Origin: Tolypothrix carrinoi HA7290-LM1
GTDB taxonomy: Bacteria; Cyanobacteriota; Cyanobacteriia; Cyanobacteriales; Nostocaceae
Direction: 5' to 3'
NCBI GenBank assembly: GCA_019358935.1
Contig: JAHHIK010000085.1
Coordinates: forward strand, 1-37,260
DNA length: 37,260 bases
Shown: positions 1 through 9,018 of the stretch, piece by piece
How the letters are laid out: the number at the start of each line of letters is the position of its first letter
Numbering within the stretch: position 1 is the stretch's first letter
Notes under the pieces: model-generated
What the model was told of the DNA's origin: nothing
Database searches by the model: none
Seen by the model: only the letters and a program-made list of their open reading frames with translations
Translations under genes and position numbers: made by a program

Positions 1-91
1 ATTAAAGAGTGGAGGATGTTTTCAATCTTCTCAAAAACTTTAGTGAAAAAAGAGAGCGTCTCCAAACTCTCCTGGAAATATATGGTTACAA

Positions 92-373
92 TTGCTTATA
101 TTTGCCTATGCTAAAGTTAACTATTACCTGAAGCGAATGCTTAATACCGAGGTTATATCTGAAGAGGTCGTAGAGCGCATCAAATCGAAGGATGTTGTCT
201 TGTACTGGGACGGGATGATGCTTTTGACTGACTTTTGTAATTCTACTGGCATCGCCCCGTATGGCTGGGGGCAACCCAGCTTTGGGTGGAATCCAGACTA
301 TATGAGGACTTGGTGTTTACTGCACTGGGATAAGTTTTCGCTCTGGTGTGCCGACAAAAAAGAGTCCACTTAA
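92..373 (+). CDS. Hypothetical protein, probably the 3' part of a truncated or frameshifted gene entering from the window edge
   Basis: 93-aa ORF with a TTG start. A different frame (about 6-131) reads RVEDVFNLLKNFSEKRERLQTLLEIYGYNCL and overlaps it, suggesting a frameshift. No family recognised. Confidence 0.35.
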   Translation: MLIFAYAKVNYYLKRMLNTEVISEEVVERIKSKDVVLYWDGMMLLTDFCNSTGIAPYGWGQPSFGWNPDYMRTWCLLHWDKFSLWCADKKEST

Positions 374-999
374 TGATTTGTGATTATTGCAAATACAACA
401 ATAGGTGACTTTTTAAACGAATAAGTCGGGGTGAGTTGAACAAACCTGCTCAAGTTACGAAACCAGTCTATACCCAGCGCGGGCTTCTCACTGCCATTTG
501 TAGAGTGTTTGCTGGGTATAAATTTAGTCATATGATTACACATTCAGATATTAATTAACTTTTCTTAGTTACCGTAACGTTACGCTAACTAGAGATTTTT
601 CGCGAATTAGGGGGGAAGTGTTTTCGCCCCTCGCCGACAATAAAGAAGGGTGCGGCTATACAAACGCTCGTCCTAGGACTTACGCAAAAATCCTCTCACA
701 CCCTTGCAGAAAATTGCTGTTTTTTCACCACAACCAAGTTTTAAGGACAAAACTCATGCAATTATGTCTTTAAGTAATTTTTATCCACAAAAACGCTATG
801 GATTATAAATAAATATAAACTCTAGACCGCTGATATTTTTTCTTTGATTATAAACCTGGAGACAAAATTCCTTTAGTTATGTCTTATCTACTCTTTTCAG
901 CTATTGAATTCACATTTCATATCGCAGAAGATAGATTCAAGAGTTAAGCAAATAAAAGCTTAATTCCTACACAAATTACTTATACCAGGTACAACAATC

Positions 1000-1191
1000 A
1001 TGTCTAGAATCACAATTTCCGACTTGGCGATCGACTCCAATTCCTTCATCAATGAAGTTGCTGAAACTGAAGCTGCATTTGTTAACGGTGGTGGTTTCAA
1101 TTTTGATTTCTTTGGAGCTGCTCTTGCAGGATTGGGAGATTTTGCGAAGTTTTTCATCAAAGCAGCTTTCGCGGCTAGCTTGTTTGACTAA
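1000..1191 (+). CDS. Double-glycine-leader peptide precursor (bacteriocin/RiPP-like), 31-aa leader plus about 32-aa hydrophobic core
   Basis: The leader MSRITISDL...SFINEVAETEAAFVNGG fits the F-x-E-L/V-x(4)-h-x-x-h-x-GG pattern. It lies next to a C39-peptidase ABC transporter/HlyD operon. Confidence 0.75.
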   Translation: MSRITISDLAIDSNSFINEVAETEAAFVNGGGFNFDFFGAALAGLGDFAKFFIKAAFAASLFD

Positions 1192-1331
1192 CAAGATAAT
1201 AGCCAATTTAGTTGCATAAAATTATACTATTTGGCGATTCAACTTAGAGATTTGCTTATCTTTTAATTTATTGGCATTCTCTAAGTCCCTCGTAGGGTGC
1301 GTTATGGCTTTAGCCGTAACGCACCATTCAT

Positions 1332-1423
1332 TAGACATCTCCAGAAATTAAATATGTGTTATCCAGAACTTTATAAAGACGCGAGGAACATCACGTCTCT
1401 ACATTCTTTTTCGGAGATGTCTA
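1332..1423. repeat. Small MITE-like element with TAGACATCTCC...GGAGATGTCTA inverted ends
   Basis: 11-bp perfect inverted repeats visible at both ends, with an internal imperfect palindrome. Confidence 0.6.
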
Positions 1424-1440
1424 TTTTATAAATGACATTG

Positions 1441-1470
1441 TAACCAGATGTCATATTGAGCATCTGGTTA
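1441..1470. terminator. Hairpin between convergent transcription units, putative terminator
   Basis: TAACCAGATG-N10-CATCTGGTTA perfect 10-bp stem with an AT-rich flank. Confidence 0.45.
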
Positions 1471-1565
1471 ATAAACATATAAAATCAAAAGTTTATTAAG
1501 CTAACGTGAGTTCGACGGGATTTTAAGTCGTAATCTTCGTCAATATCGGGCGATCTCATTGGCAG

Positions 1566-1760
1566 TTAATTGGTGTTTTTAGGGCGAAAAATCTCTGTTA
1601 ACTCCTCTTTAGTCATGTTATAAGGGAAAGGATAGGTTTTAGCGTTAGGACTGCGACGATTGATAAACAATTCTCTAATTGCCTCATCGTCAGTGGGGTG
1701 TTGTATAATATAAGTTTTTAATTCTTTACGAGTCATTTGGGTAAAATCAGGCTTGGTCAT
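1566..1760 (-). CDS. Small protein resembling the cyanobacterial DUF6887 family (putative antitoxin)
   Basis: MTKPDFTQMTRKELKTYIIQHPTDDEAIRE motif recognised from memory. Its start overlaps the end of the upstream partner gene. Confidence 0.6.
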   Translation of the reverse strand: MTKPDFTQMTRKELKTYIIQHPTDDEAIRELFINRRSPNAKTYPFPYNMTKEELTEIFRPKNTN

Positions 1761-1941
1761 CTTCGTAAAACTCCCAGTTTCCATCTTGAAAAATGATGAT
1801 TTCTATCCCCTCATTAATACCAGCTAATATAAAAATATATTTATAGGATGCATCATATCTAAACAAGTGGATAGGCTGTAACATGTCTGAAAGAGATTGA
1901 CTAACGCAGACTGAGGCGATCGCCTGCTCATAAGTTGGCAT
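1747..1941 (-). CDS. Small protein resembling the cyanobacterial DUF6888 family (putative toxin-like partner)
   Basis: MPTYEQA...LQPIHLFRYD...IFILAG...IIIFQDGNWEF; coupled two-gene arrangement. Confidence 0.6.
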   Translation of the reverse strand: MPTYEQAIASVCVSQSLSDMLQPIHLFRYDASYKYIFILAGINEGIEIIIFQDGNWEFYEDDQA

Positions 1942-2090
1942 TTACCAAAATATTTTTACAATACCTTTCAATCATAACGAAAATAACACACCGCTTTGGG
2001 GATTCCTGCCGGTGTGCCATCCAAACCAGCCAAACCCCAAAGACTTACCTGCACTACCTCCTGCTGTTTTTTAACTTCGTCGAACTCACG

Positions 2091-2873
2091 TTAAGCTATC
2101 TTCAACAAATCCTGAACTGGTTGAGAATAGGAATCTGATTCAAAATGGGGAATAATTTCGACTTGCGCGATTTGTTGCTTTAACCAATCAGAAAACAACT
2201 GACTCATAATCTTCAACCGCAACTGCTGGTCTAATTTTGGCTGGATGATTTCCTCAACCCAAATTAGATGAACTTTTTGTGCGATCGCAATAGGTTTAAG
2301 TAACTCAGGAGGATGAGCAACAAAGACCGCAGCAGCAATATCTGGTTTAAACTCGTGACGATGTTTGATACCACGATATCCACCAGCGCGACGAAGTTCT
2401 AGATTTTGAATATGTTGACGAGTAACATCTTGGAAAGTGATTTCACCTTCAGTGACTGCATAAAACAGTTCCCAAGCTAAATCTTCATCTTCTAAGACAA
2501 CTTCATAGGTGACTGCTGCTAGATAATCTAGTTGATTTTCATAAAAACATGGCTCGATTTTGTCTGCAAATAAGTGTTGCGCTAACTTGACAGATATCAA
2601 GTTCATTTCTGCTAATTGTTCAAAATCTTCCACAGAAAGATAATGTTTTTCAAGCCATGTCCAAGTATCTTCGGCTTTGATTAGTCTGTTGGCTGCTCGC
2701 AAAGCATCAGCCGCTTGTTGAAGTTCTTCTAATTCTACTTTAATACCTGCTTCTTTGGCTGCATCAGCAATAATTTTACGAGTAGCGATCGCCTCTAATA
2801 AACCAGGAATTTTGCAGGAGAGTTTAAGTTGGTCAATTATCTCTTTTTGAGACACATTTATTACTTTTAACAT
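2091..2873 (-). CDS. Peptidylprolyl isomerase-like protein (parvulin/PrsA-SurA type) of peptide export clusters
   Basis: 260-aa ORF with an F...H...RRAGGYRG rotamase-like segment, directly downstream of HlyD. Confidence 0.8.
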   Translation of the reverse strand: MLKVINVSQKEIIDQLKLSCKIPGLLEAIATRKIIADAAKEAGIKVELEELQQAADALRAANRLIKAEDTWTWLEKHYLSVEDFEQLAEMNLISVKLAQHLFADKIEPCFYENQLDYLAAVTYEVVLEDEDLAWELFYAVTEGEITFQDVTRQHIQNLELRRAGGYRGIKHRHEFKPDIAAAVFVAHPPELLKPIAIAQKVHLIWVEEIIQPKLDQQLRLKIMSQLFSDWLKQQIAQVEIIPHFESDSYSQPVQDLLKIA

Positions 2874-2914
2874 TTTTTCCTCACAGAATTTGAATCAATT
2901 TTATTGACTACCTA

Positions 2915-4444
2915 CTAAAGGTCTAAACCACCTTTTTGCAGCTTCTTAAACGGATCTAAAATGAAATCAATCACGCGCCGCTGACGAACAATCACCTCTG
3001 CCGTTGCTGTTTGACCAGGCGTTAAGGGAATAGATTTGTTACCAGATTGATTCAGAGATATTTCCATCTCAAAAACTTCTATTTTTCCTTGGGGTGTTTC
3101 CAGTATTTTGGAGTCTGGTGACACCTGAATCACCTTCCCTGTAACTACTCCATAATCTTGAAATGGATAGGCATCAAACTTAACTTTCGCTGCCATTCCT
3201 ACCTTCAAAAAACCACTTTCTTGGCTTGGCATATTCGCTTTAAGGACAAACGGAATTTTCTTGGGAGCAATTTGGGCGATCGTCTGACCAGTTTGGACAA
3301 CTACACCAGGCTTTTTGATGGGCAAGTTGAAAATTACACCATCAATGGGTGATTTCATTAATCGTTGCGTTAATTGTAGTTTTATAGCAGCTATCTGGCT
3401 TTTAGTTTGAGCAATTTCTGATGACAAGCTGGTAATTTGTGTTTGCATATCTTTCAGTTGTTCCTGATTTTTCAACACAGATATTTCACCAGCATGAACT
3501 ACACTTTTATAACTGCTTTTCTGTTCTTGCAATCTGAGTTTTGCTTGTTCAATATCTGCCTGCGCTTGGCGCATAATTGATTGATAGCGGTTTTGTTCTT
3601 CTTGAAAGCGTAGCTTTGCCTGTTTGATATCAGATTGTGTTTGCTCGTTTAGTCTTTGACTTTCTTCTGCAATTTTTTCTAGTTCCACAACTTTAATTTG
3701 AGGAACAGCACCCTTTTGCCAAAGTAGACGATAGCGCTTAGTTTCTGTTAAATCTCTATTCCAACGGCTTTTAGCTAACTTATAGGCAGTCTGAGTAGAA
3801 CTCAGATTTTGTTTTGCCTGATCGACTAAAGCCAATTTTTCCAATTTTTGTAAGTTATAAGTACTCTGTTTCGCATCTAGATTTTGCTGTACCTGATTAA
3901 CTTGGGAAATTTTTTCTAATTCTTGAGATTGGTTTTGTTGTTCTTGAACACTAATTGCTAGTCGTAATTGGTTTTTAAGTAGTTCTAGTTGTGCTAGTCG
4001 ATTTATTAGTCCATCTAGCTTTGCCTGTGCTTGTTGTAAATCGGTTCGCAGTACATTCGACTCTAGTTCTACTAATAACTGCCCAGCTTTGACGGTTTCA
4101 CCTTCTTTCACCTTGACAGCAATAATATTGCCACCAACTGGAGTGTCTAATCTTTGGGTTTCTCCTAGTGGTTCAATACGACCTCTAGCGCTTCCTGTCT
4201 CATCGACTTGCGACAGCATCGACCAAGGCAAAGCGATCGCACTAAAAATTACCAAAAAGTACAGCAAAGAACGTGTCCAACGTCTTGGTAATGCATCTAG
4301 TAGTTCTTCTGTACCGTAATACCAATCGTGAGAATTTGCTGAAGAGGCATGATTTTCTTCAACTGGATTAGTTATATTGCTGATTGCTTGCTCATCATTA
4401 GTTGGGGTTGATACCGATGTTGAATTACTAACTCTATTAGGCAT
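2915..4444 (-). CDS. HlyD family type I secretion membrane fusion protein
   Basis: N-terminal TM helix, lipoyl-like VKEGETVKAGQLL motif, long coiled coil, KFDAYPFQDYG and LTPGQTATAEV motifs. Confidence 0.93.
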   Translation of the reverse strand: MPNRVSNSTSVSTPTNDEQAISNITNPVEENHASSANSHDWYYGTEELLDALPRRWTRSLLYFLVIFSAIALPWSMLSQVDETGSARGRIEPLGETQRLDTPVGGNIIAVKVKEGETVKAGQLLVELESNVLRTDLQQAQAKLDGLINRLAQLELLKNQLRLAISVQEQQNQSQELEKISQVNQVQQNLDAKQSTYNLQKLEKLALVDQAKQNLSSTQTAYKLAKSRWNRDLTETKRYRLLWQKGAVPQIKVVELEKIAEESQRLNEQTQSDIKQAKLRFQEEQNRYQSIMRQAQADIEQAKLRLQEQKSSYKSVVHAGEISVLKNQEQLKDMQTQITSLSSEIAQTKSQIAAIKLQLTQRLMKSPIDGVIFNLPIKKPGVVVQTGQTIAQIAPKKIPFVLKANMPSQESGFLKVGMAAKVKFDAYPFQDYGVVTGKVIQVSPDSKILETPQGKIEVFEMEISLNQSGNKSIPLTPGQTATAEVIVRQRRVIDFILDPFKKLQKGGLDL

Positions 4445-4481
4445 AGTTGAGTGATAAGTTATGAATTCTAAATGATGAGTT

Positions 4482-4574
4482 TAGGACTTACGCAAAATCT
4501 CTCTCAACCTCTCATTCCTCTGTGTTCTCTGTGTTCTCTGTGGTTCGTTTTCCGTTATTGTTGCGTAAGTCCTA
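4482..4574. repeat. TAGGACTTACGC...GCGTAAGTCCTA MITE-like repeat (another full copy at 10580-10652, a single end at 674)
   Basis: Perfect terminal inverted repeats, seen several times in the window. Confidence 0.7.
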
Positions 4575-4593
4575 GAGTTATGAGTAAAGTACT

Positions 4594-4670
4594 GTAGGGT
4601 GTGTTACGGCTTCCGTAACGCACCACGCTTTATGTTTTGGTGCGTTAGCCTACGGCATAACACACCCTAC
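4594..4670. repeat. Inverted pair of GTAG-type REP-like palindromes (single related copy at about 1292-1325)
   Basis: GTAGGGTGTGTTA...TAACGCACC followed by GGTGCGTTA...TAACACACCCTAC. Confidence 0.6.
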
Positions 4671-4772
4671 GTGTATTTCAAAAATCAAATATGAGTCCTA
4701 TAGTTGAGTGATAAGTTCTGAATGAGAAATGATGAGTTATGAGTGAACAACTTCTCACAGCTAACTCTTAAA

Positions 4773-7496
4773 TCAACTTGCTTGAGCGAGTTGTTGTTGA
4801 TTGAGGTAGTAGTAATGACCTTTTTTAGTAATTAATTCTTCATGAGTACCGCTTTCTATCAATAAGCCGCGATCTAACACCAAAATCAAGTCAGCATTGC
4901 GGATGGTAGAGAGTCGATGGGCAATAATTAAGCTGGTACGTCCTTGGAGAATTGTTTTGAAATTGTTTTGAATGATGCGTTCTGATTCTGCATCTAGGTG
5001 ACTAGTAGCTTCGTCGAAAATCAGTAAGCGAGGATTACCAAGCATTGCACGAGCAATTGCTAGACGTTGGCGTTGTCCACCAGAAAGCATACCGCCACCT
5101 TCGCCAATTTGGGTTTCATAACCCATTGGTAATTGTTGAATAAATTCATCTGCACCAGCTAAACGCGCTACCTCGATAATCTCTTTTAAGGAGGCTTCTG
5201 GGAGAGCAATGCTAATGTTTTCTCGAATTGTACCGCCAAATAAGAAAGTATCTTGATCGACAACACCGATTTGGGAACGAAGCGATCGCAAAGAAAGACT
5301 CGTTACATCATGACCATCAATCAAAATTTTGCCATCTGTTGGGGTATATAAACCTAAAATCATTTTGGCAAGGGTAGTTTTTCCCGAACCACTACGTCCT
5401 ACAAGTGCTACCGTTTGAAGAGGGTGAATTTCAAAATTCAGATTTTCTAGGACGTTAATATCACTATCTGGATGATAGCGGAAGGTTATATTTTCAAAGC
5501 GAATATGACCGCTAATTCTCGCTAAAGATTGACGTGGTTGATGCTGTAAGTCTTCTTCTGGTTCGGCTTCGATAACATCATTAATCCGTTCAGTGGAAAT
5601 AATCACTTCTTGCACTTGATTCCACAGTACTGTCAGCCGTTTGAAAGGATTAATAACGTTACCTAATAACATATTAAAAGCAACTAGTTGCCCAATCGTT
5701 AGTTGATTTTGAATTACTAACCATGCTCCATACCACAGTAATGCTGTAGTTGCTAGAGATTCAATAATAGAACTAAAAATTTGCATTTGGTTGCCAATTA
5801 CCTGTCCACCAAACATTTTTTTAGTCAAATTATTCAGCAGTTCTTCCCAACGCCAGCGCACTGTCTGCTCAATTGCCATCGAACGAATTGAGCGAATGCC
5901 TGAAAGTGATTGAATTAAATAACTATTCTCTTTAGCTAAGGCATTAAAAACTTCACGGCTGACCCGGCGAAAGAATGGTGTAGCAACCAGTGCCAAAATC
6001 AAAAATGGCGGTACAATTGCCAAGGCTAGCATTGCCATTTGCCAGCTATACCAAAACATCAATCCCACATAGATAAATACTGTCATTAAATCCAGAATGA
6101 TGGACAGTGCTTCACCTGTGAGAAAGCGCTGAATTTTCTGATTTTCTTGAACGCGAGAAATAATATCACCGACATAACGCGACTCAAAAAAGGCTAGGGG
6201 TAGGAGGAAAGTATGTTTGATAAAACCTACCATCAGCGCTACTCCGATTCGGTTTGCCGTGTGATCTAGTAGATATTGTCGCAGTCCGTTAAGAGCGACG
6301 CGGAATAAGCTAAAAATCAACAAACCAAACCCAACCGCGTTTAAAGTGAGAGTACTACCCTGGACAATTACTCTGTCTAAAAGTAACTGAGTAAATAGAG
6401 GCATAATCAATCCAAACAACTGGATAAATACCGAAGCGATGAATACTTCTAGTAGTACTTGCCAATGTGGTTTGACTAATTCAAATAACTGCCAGAATGG
6501 TGTACTTGCTTGTTCGCTTTCTTTCAGGATGGCGGTAGGTTGCGATAATAAAGCGTAACCAGTCCACCCGGCTTGGAATTGATGATGAGTGAGGGTACGT
6601 TGACCGATCGCCGGATCGCCGACAATCACCTGTTTTTTGGTAATTTCATAGACGACGATGTAATGATTACCTTCCCAATGGGCGATCGCGGGTAGGGGTT
6701 GCTGTGCTAATTTGTCCAGGCTGGCTTTGACTGGACGGCTAGCAAAACCAATACTTTCGGCTGCGGTGGCTAATCCTCGCAGAGAAACCCCGATGCGATT
6801 GACGTTGGCTAAATCCCGCAATCTGTTGATGCTAAAGCGCTTACCCCAATAGCGACCAATCATGACTAGGCAAGCGACACCACAATCTGAAGCGCTTTGT
6901 TGTTCAAAGAAGGGATAGCGTTTAGTTAGCTGTGCCCATATATGTCTTGCTTTTACTTGAGGAGTTGGAAAATAAGCACGTCGTTGCTTCTTTTTTGGGG
7001 TAGCGTTTGTGGGAAAGGGAATGACGTTGGCAATTGAAGATTGGCGATTGTCTTCCCCATGAGTATTGGGCTGTTGCTTTATCAGCAAATCCCAACATTC
7101 TGCACGCTTCAATAGGCGATCGCAGATTTTGGGGTATTTATCCATCAAAGTCTGCAATACATCTATGTTGAGATAACAGAGTTTTAAGTTAGATGAAGCC
7201 CTCGCAGCATAAAGGCTAAAGTCTTCTTCTGCAAACAAGGTCATTTCACCAAATGATGACCCTGCTGTTAGGGTGGAGATTAAGTTGCCAGAACTATCTA
7301 GTAATCTGACTTTACCCCTAAGAACTAAATAAATTCCCTTTCGGGCATCTTTTGATTGCCAGAACAGTTTTGCTACTGGTGGTTCAACAATTTCAATTTT
7401 TGCCCAACAATTCTGTAATTCCCTATCTGAAAGCTTCTCACCCAAGGTGGTGGTCAGTAGTCTCTCTAGTTCTTCTTGGGACAATATTGATGGCAT
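4773..7496 (-). CDS. Peptidase-containing ABC transporter (cNMP-binding-like + C39 peptidase + TMD + ATPase), HetC/HlyB-like architecture
   Basis: GSSFGE cNMP-fold motif; QQSASDCGVAC with HYIVV and GDPA catalytic Cys/His/Asp; Walker A GRSGSGKT, LSGGQRQR, DEATS. Confidence 0.95.
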   Translation of the reverse strand: MPSILSQEELERLLTTTLGEKLSDRELQNCWAKIEIVEPPVAKLFWQSKDARKGIYLVLRGKVRLLDSSGNLISTLTAGSSFGEMTLFAEEDFSLYAARASSNLKLCYLNIDVLQTLMDKYPKICDRLLKRAECWDLLIKQQPNTHGEDNRQSSIANVIPFPTNATPKKKQRRAYFPTPQVKARHIWAQLTKRYPFFEQQSASDCGVACLVMIGRYWGKRFSINRLRDLANVNRIGVSLRGLATAAESIGFASRPVKASLDKLAQQPLPAIAHWEGNHYIVVYEITKKQVIVGDPAIGQRTLTHHQFQAGWTGYALLSQPTAILKESEQASTPFWQLFELVKPHWQVLLEVFIASVFIQLFGLIMPLFTQLLLDRVIVQGSTLTLNAVGFGLLIFSLFRVALNGLRQYLLDHTANRIGVALMVGFIKHTFLLPLAFFESRYVGDIISRVQENQKIQRFLTGEALSIILDLMTVFIYVGLMFWYSWQMAMLALAIVPPFLILALVATPFFRRVSREVFNALAKENSYLIQSLSGIRSIRSMAIEQTVRWRWEELLNNLTKKMFGGQVIGNQMQIFSSIIESLATTALLWYGAWLVIQNQLTIGQLVAFNMLLGNVINPFKRLTVLWNQVQEVIISTERINDVIEAEPEEDLQHQPRQSLARISGHIRFENITFRYHPDSDINVLENLNFEIHPLQTVALVGRSGSGKTTLAKMILGLYTPTDGKILIDGHDVTSLSLRSLRSQIGVVDQDTFLFGGTIRENISIALPEASLKEIIEVARLAGADEFIQQLPMGYETQIGEGGGMLSGGQRQRLAIARAMLGNPRLLIFDEATSHLDAESERIIQNNFKTILQGRTSLIIAHRLSTIRNADLILVLDRGLLIESGTHEELITKKGHYYYLNQQQLAQAS

Positions 7497-7517
7497 TCCC
7501 TCTCCTTTATCCCAAGT

Positions 7518-8097
7518 TTAGTTATTAATTTGAATTAGATTGAATGACTGATATAAACTAGGATCGCTGTGAGATTGTAAGTCACAGATTCTAACGCCAG
7601 TTGCCTTTGTGTCTTGAATTGCTGCTTGTTTTGATAAGCGTTTTTTTTGTGTAGCTAGACCCATTTCTTTGAGTAATCGATTAATGTGGCGATTGCTGAT
7701 TTCAATTCCAAATTCAGTTGCCAAATGTTTGCTCAACCATTGAGATGTCCAACTACTAAATGCGTAGCCATACTTCCGTGGGCTATGACTGAGCAATTCT
7801 TTTAATCTCTGGATATATTGTTCATTTACAGTTTTAGGTCTGCAAGAGCGTTCGTTGCTGCCATTGCTCGACTAAACCTGCTTTGGCAATAGTAATCCAA
7901 TAACGTGCCATTTCCTGAGAACAACCTAAAATTTGGCAGATTTCGGTTTGCGATTTCCCCATATCTGCCAGCAACATAATTTCTAGCCGCCGACGGTATT
8001 CTGGTTGCAAATTAGCTTGCAAATTCTTCAATAAATCTTTGTGCTGATGAGGCGTTAAAAATTTACTTTCATTGTCTTGAAAGGAATTTCGTGACAT
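7518..8097 (-). pseudogene. Helix-turn-helix protein (IS630-transposase N-terminal-like HTH), split by a frameshift near 7845
   Basis: The 5' ORF ends QWQQRTLLQT*, while the adjacent frame continues CRPKTVNEQYIQRLKELLSHSPRKYGYAFSSWT...INRLLKEMGL. No DDE domain follows. Confidence 0.75.
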
Positions 8098-8821
8098 AAA
8101 ATTGATTGCTAAATCAAAAATCAAAATTTTGTCTAAATGCATCCATTGTGCTGCAATGAAGGTTTTACGAATCCTTTAGTAATACCTAAGAGGATTGTTT
8201 TAAAAGTCAAAACTAATACCCAAATGTCATTCTGAGTGGAGCGATCGCTGCTACATACCCTTCAGGTTCTGCAAAGCAATACAGCACAGGCATTATAGAT
8301 ACTTTCACTCGCATCCTCTAATCTTGACTTTATCCATTTTCCAAAAAACGCGGTGGAATTTAGGCTTTGACTTTTCCGATTTTGGCAAAACTAGTGACGT
8401 AGGAAAAGTTTTTTGTCACAAAGCTAGAAATGAATGCCTTGCGGAAAAGAGTTGCCTTATTTGATTTGGATAAAGTAGAGCGATCAAGTTTAGAAGTAAT
8501 CACCAATCGCTAATTACCACTGCAAGCTGTATATCAAGTTATTAACTGGACTTGATATAATTATCCCTGGTGATGCAGTAGACTAATTAGATTAAGCAAG
8601 TTTTTATCAGCAGATTTTCATAAATCAGAAGCGAGCTGAAAACCAAGTTAATCATGGAAGCAACAATGCATAAAACTGTGTATTCACGCACTGTATTGTT
8701 TTAGTCGCTAACCCTAGATGATATCAAGACTTGCTCAATTAAAAAGCAAATTTTTAACTAAAACTTATCTTAACTTCTCAATTAAATATCAAGGAAAACT
8801 TATTCTTTCCGCATCTATCTA

Positions 8822-8864
8822 AAGATATAAATTTCTCCAAAGAATATTTGGTATTAATTTTTAC
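8822..8864 (-). promoter_or_regulatory. Candidate NtcA-type promoter (GTA-N8-TAC plus TAN3T)
   Basis: GTATTAATTTTTAC at 8851-8864; minus-strand TATCTT at 8827-8822, 23 nt away, pointing toward the transporter operon. AT-rich context raises the chance-match rate. Confidence 0.3.
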
Positions 8865-9018
8865 TGTCGAATCATAAATTATTTGTCGTCGTCACAAATT
8901 AATTAAGACTTACGCAACTGACACTAAGTTGCATTCCGTTGTAGTAGTTTGGAGTTGGTGAGCGCACAACGCCTCAGGCATAAGAGGTGAAGGCTAATGC
9001 AAAAGCACTCAACACGCC

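Larger units (their letters stand above)
1503..2092. mobile_element. 590-bp non-autonomous element with 15-bp TIRs and a 5-bp direct repeat, carrying two small genes
   Basis: AACGTGAGTTCGACG (1503-1517) and CGTCGAACTCACGTT (2078-2092); AAGCT directly repeated at 1498-1502 and 2093-2097; no transposase inside. Confidence 0.8.

Noticed and set aside
960..1206. Minus-strand ORFs overlapping the precursor
   Set aside because: Antisense shadows; only the plus-strand ORF has a recognisable leader motif
4773..7496. Calling the transporter hetC
   Set aside because: Architecture is similar, but orthology cannot be shown by eye and no hetP is adjacent
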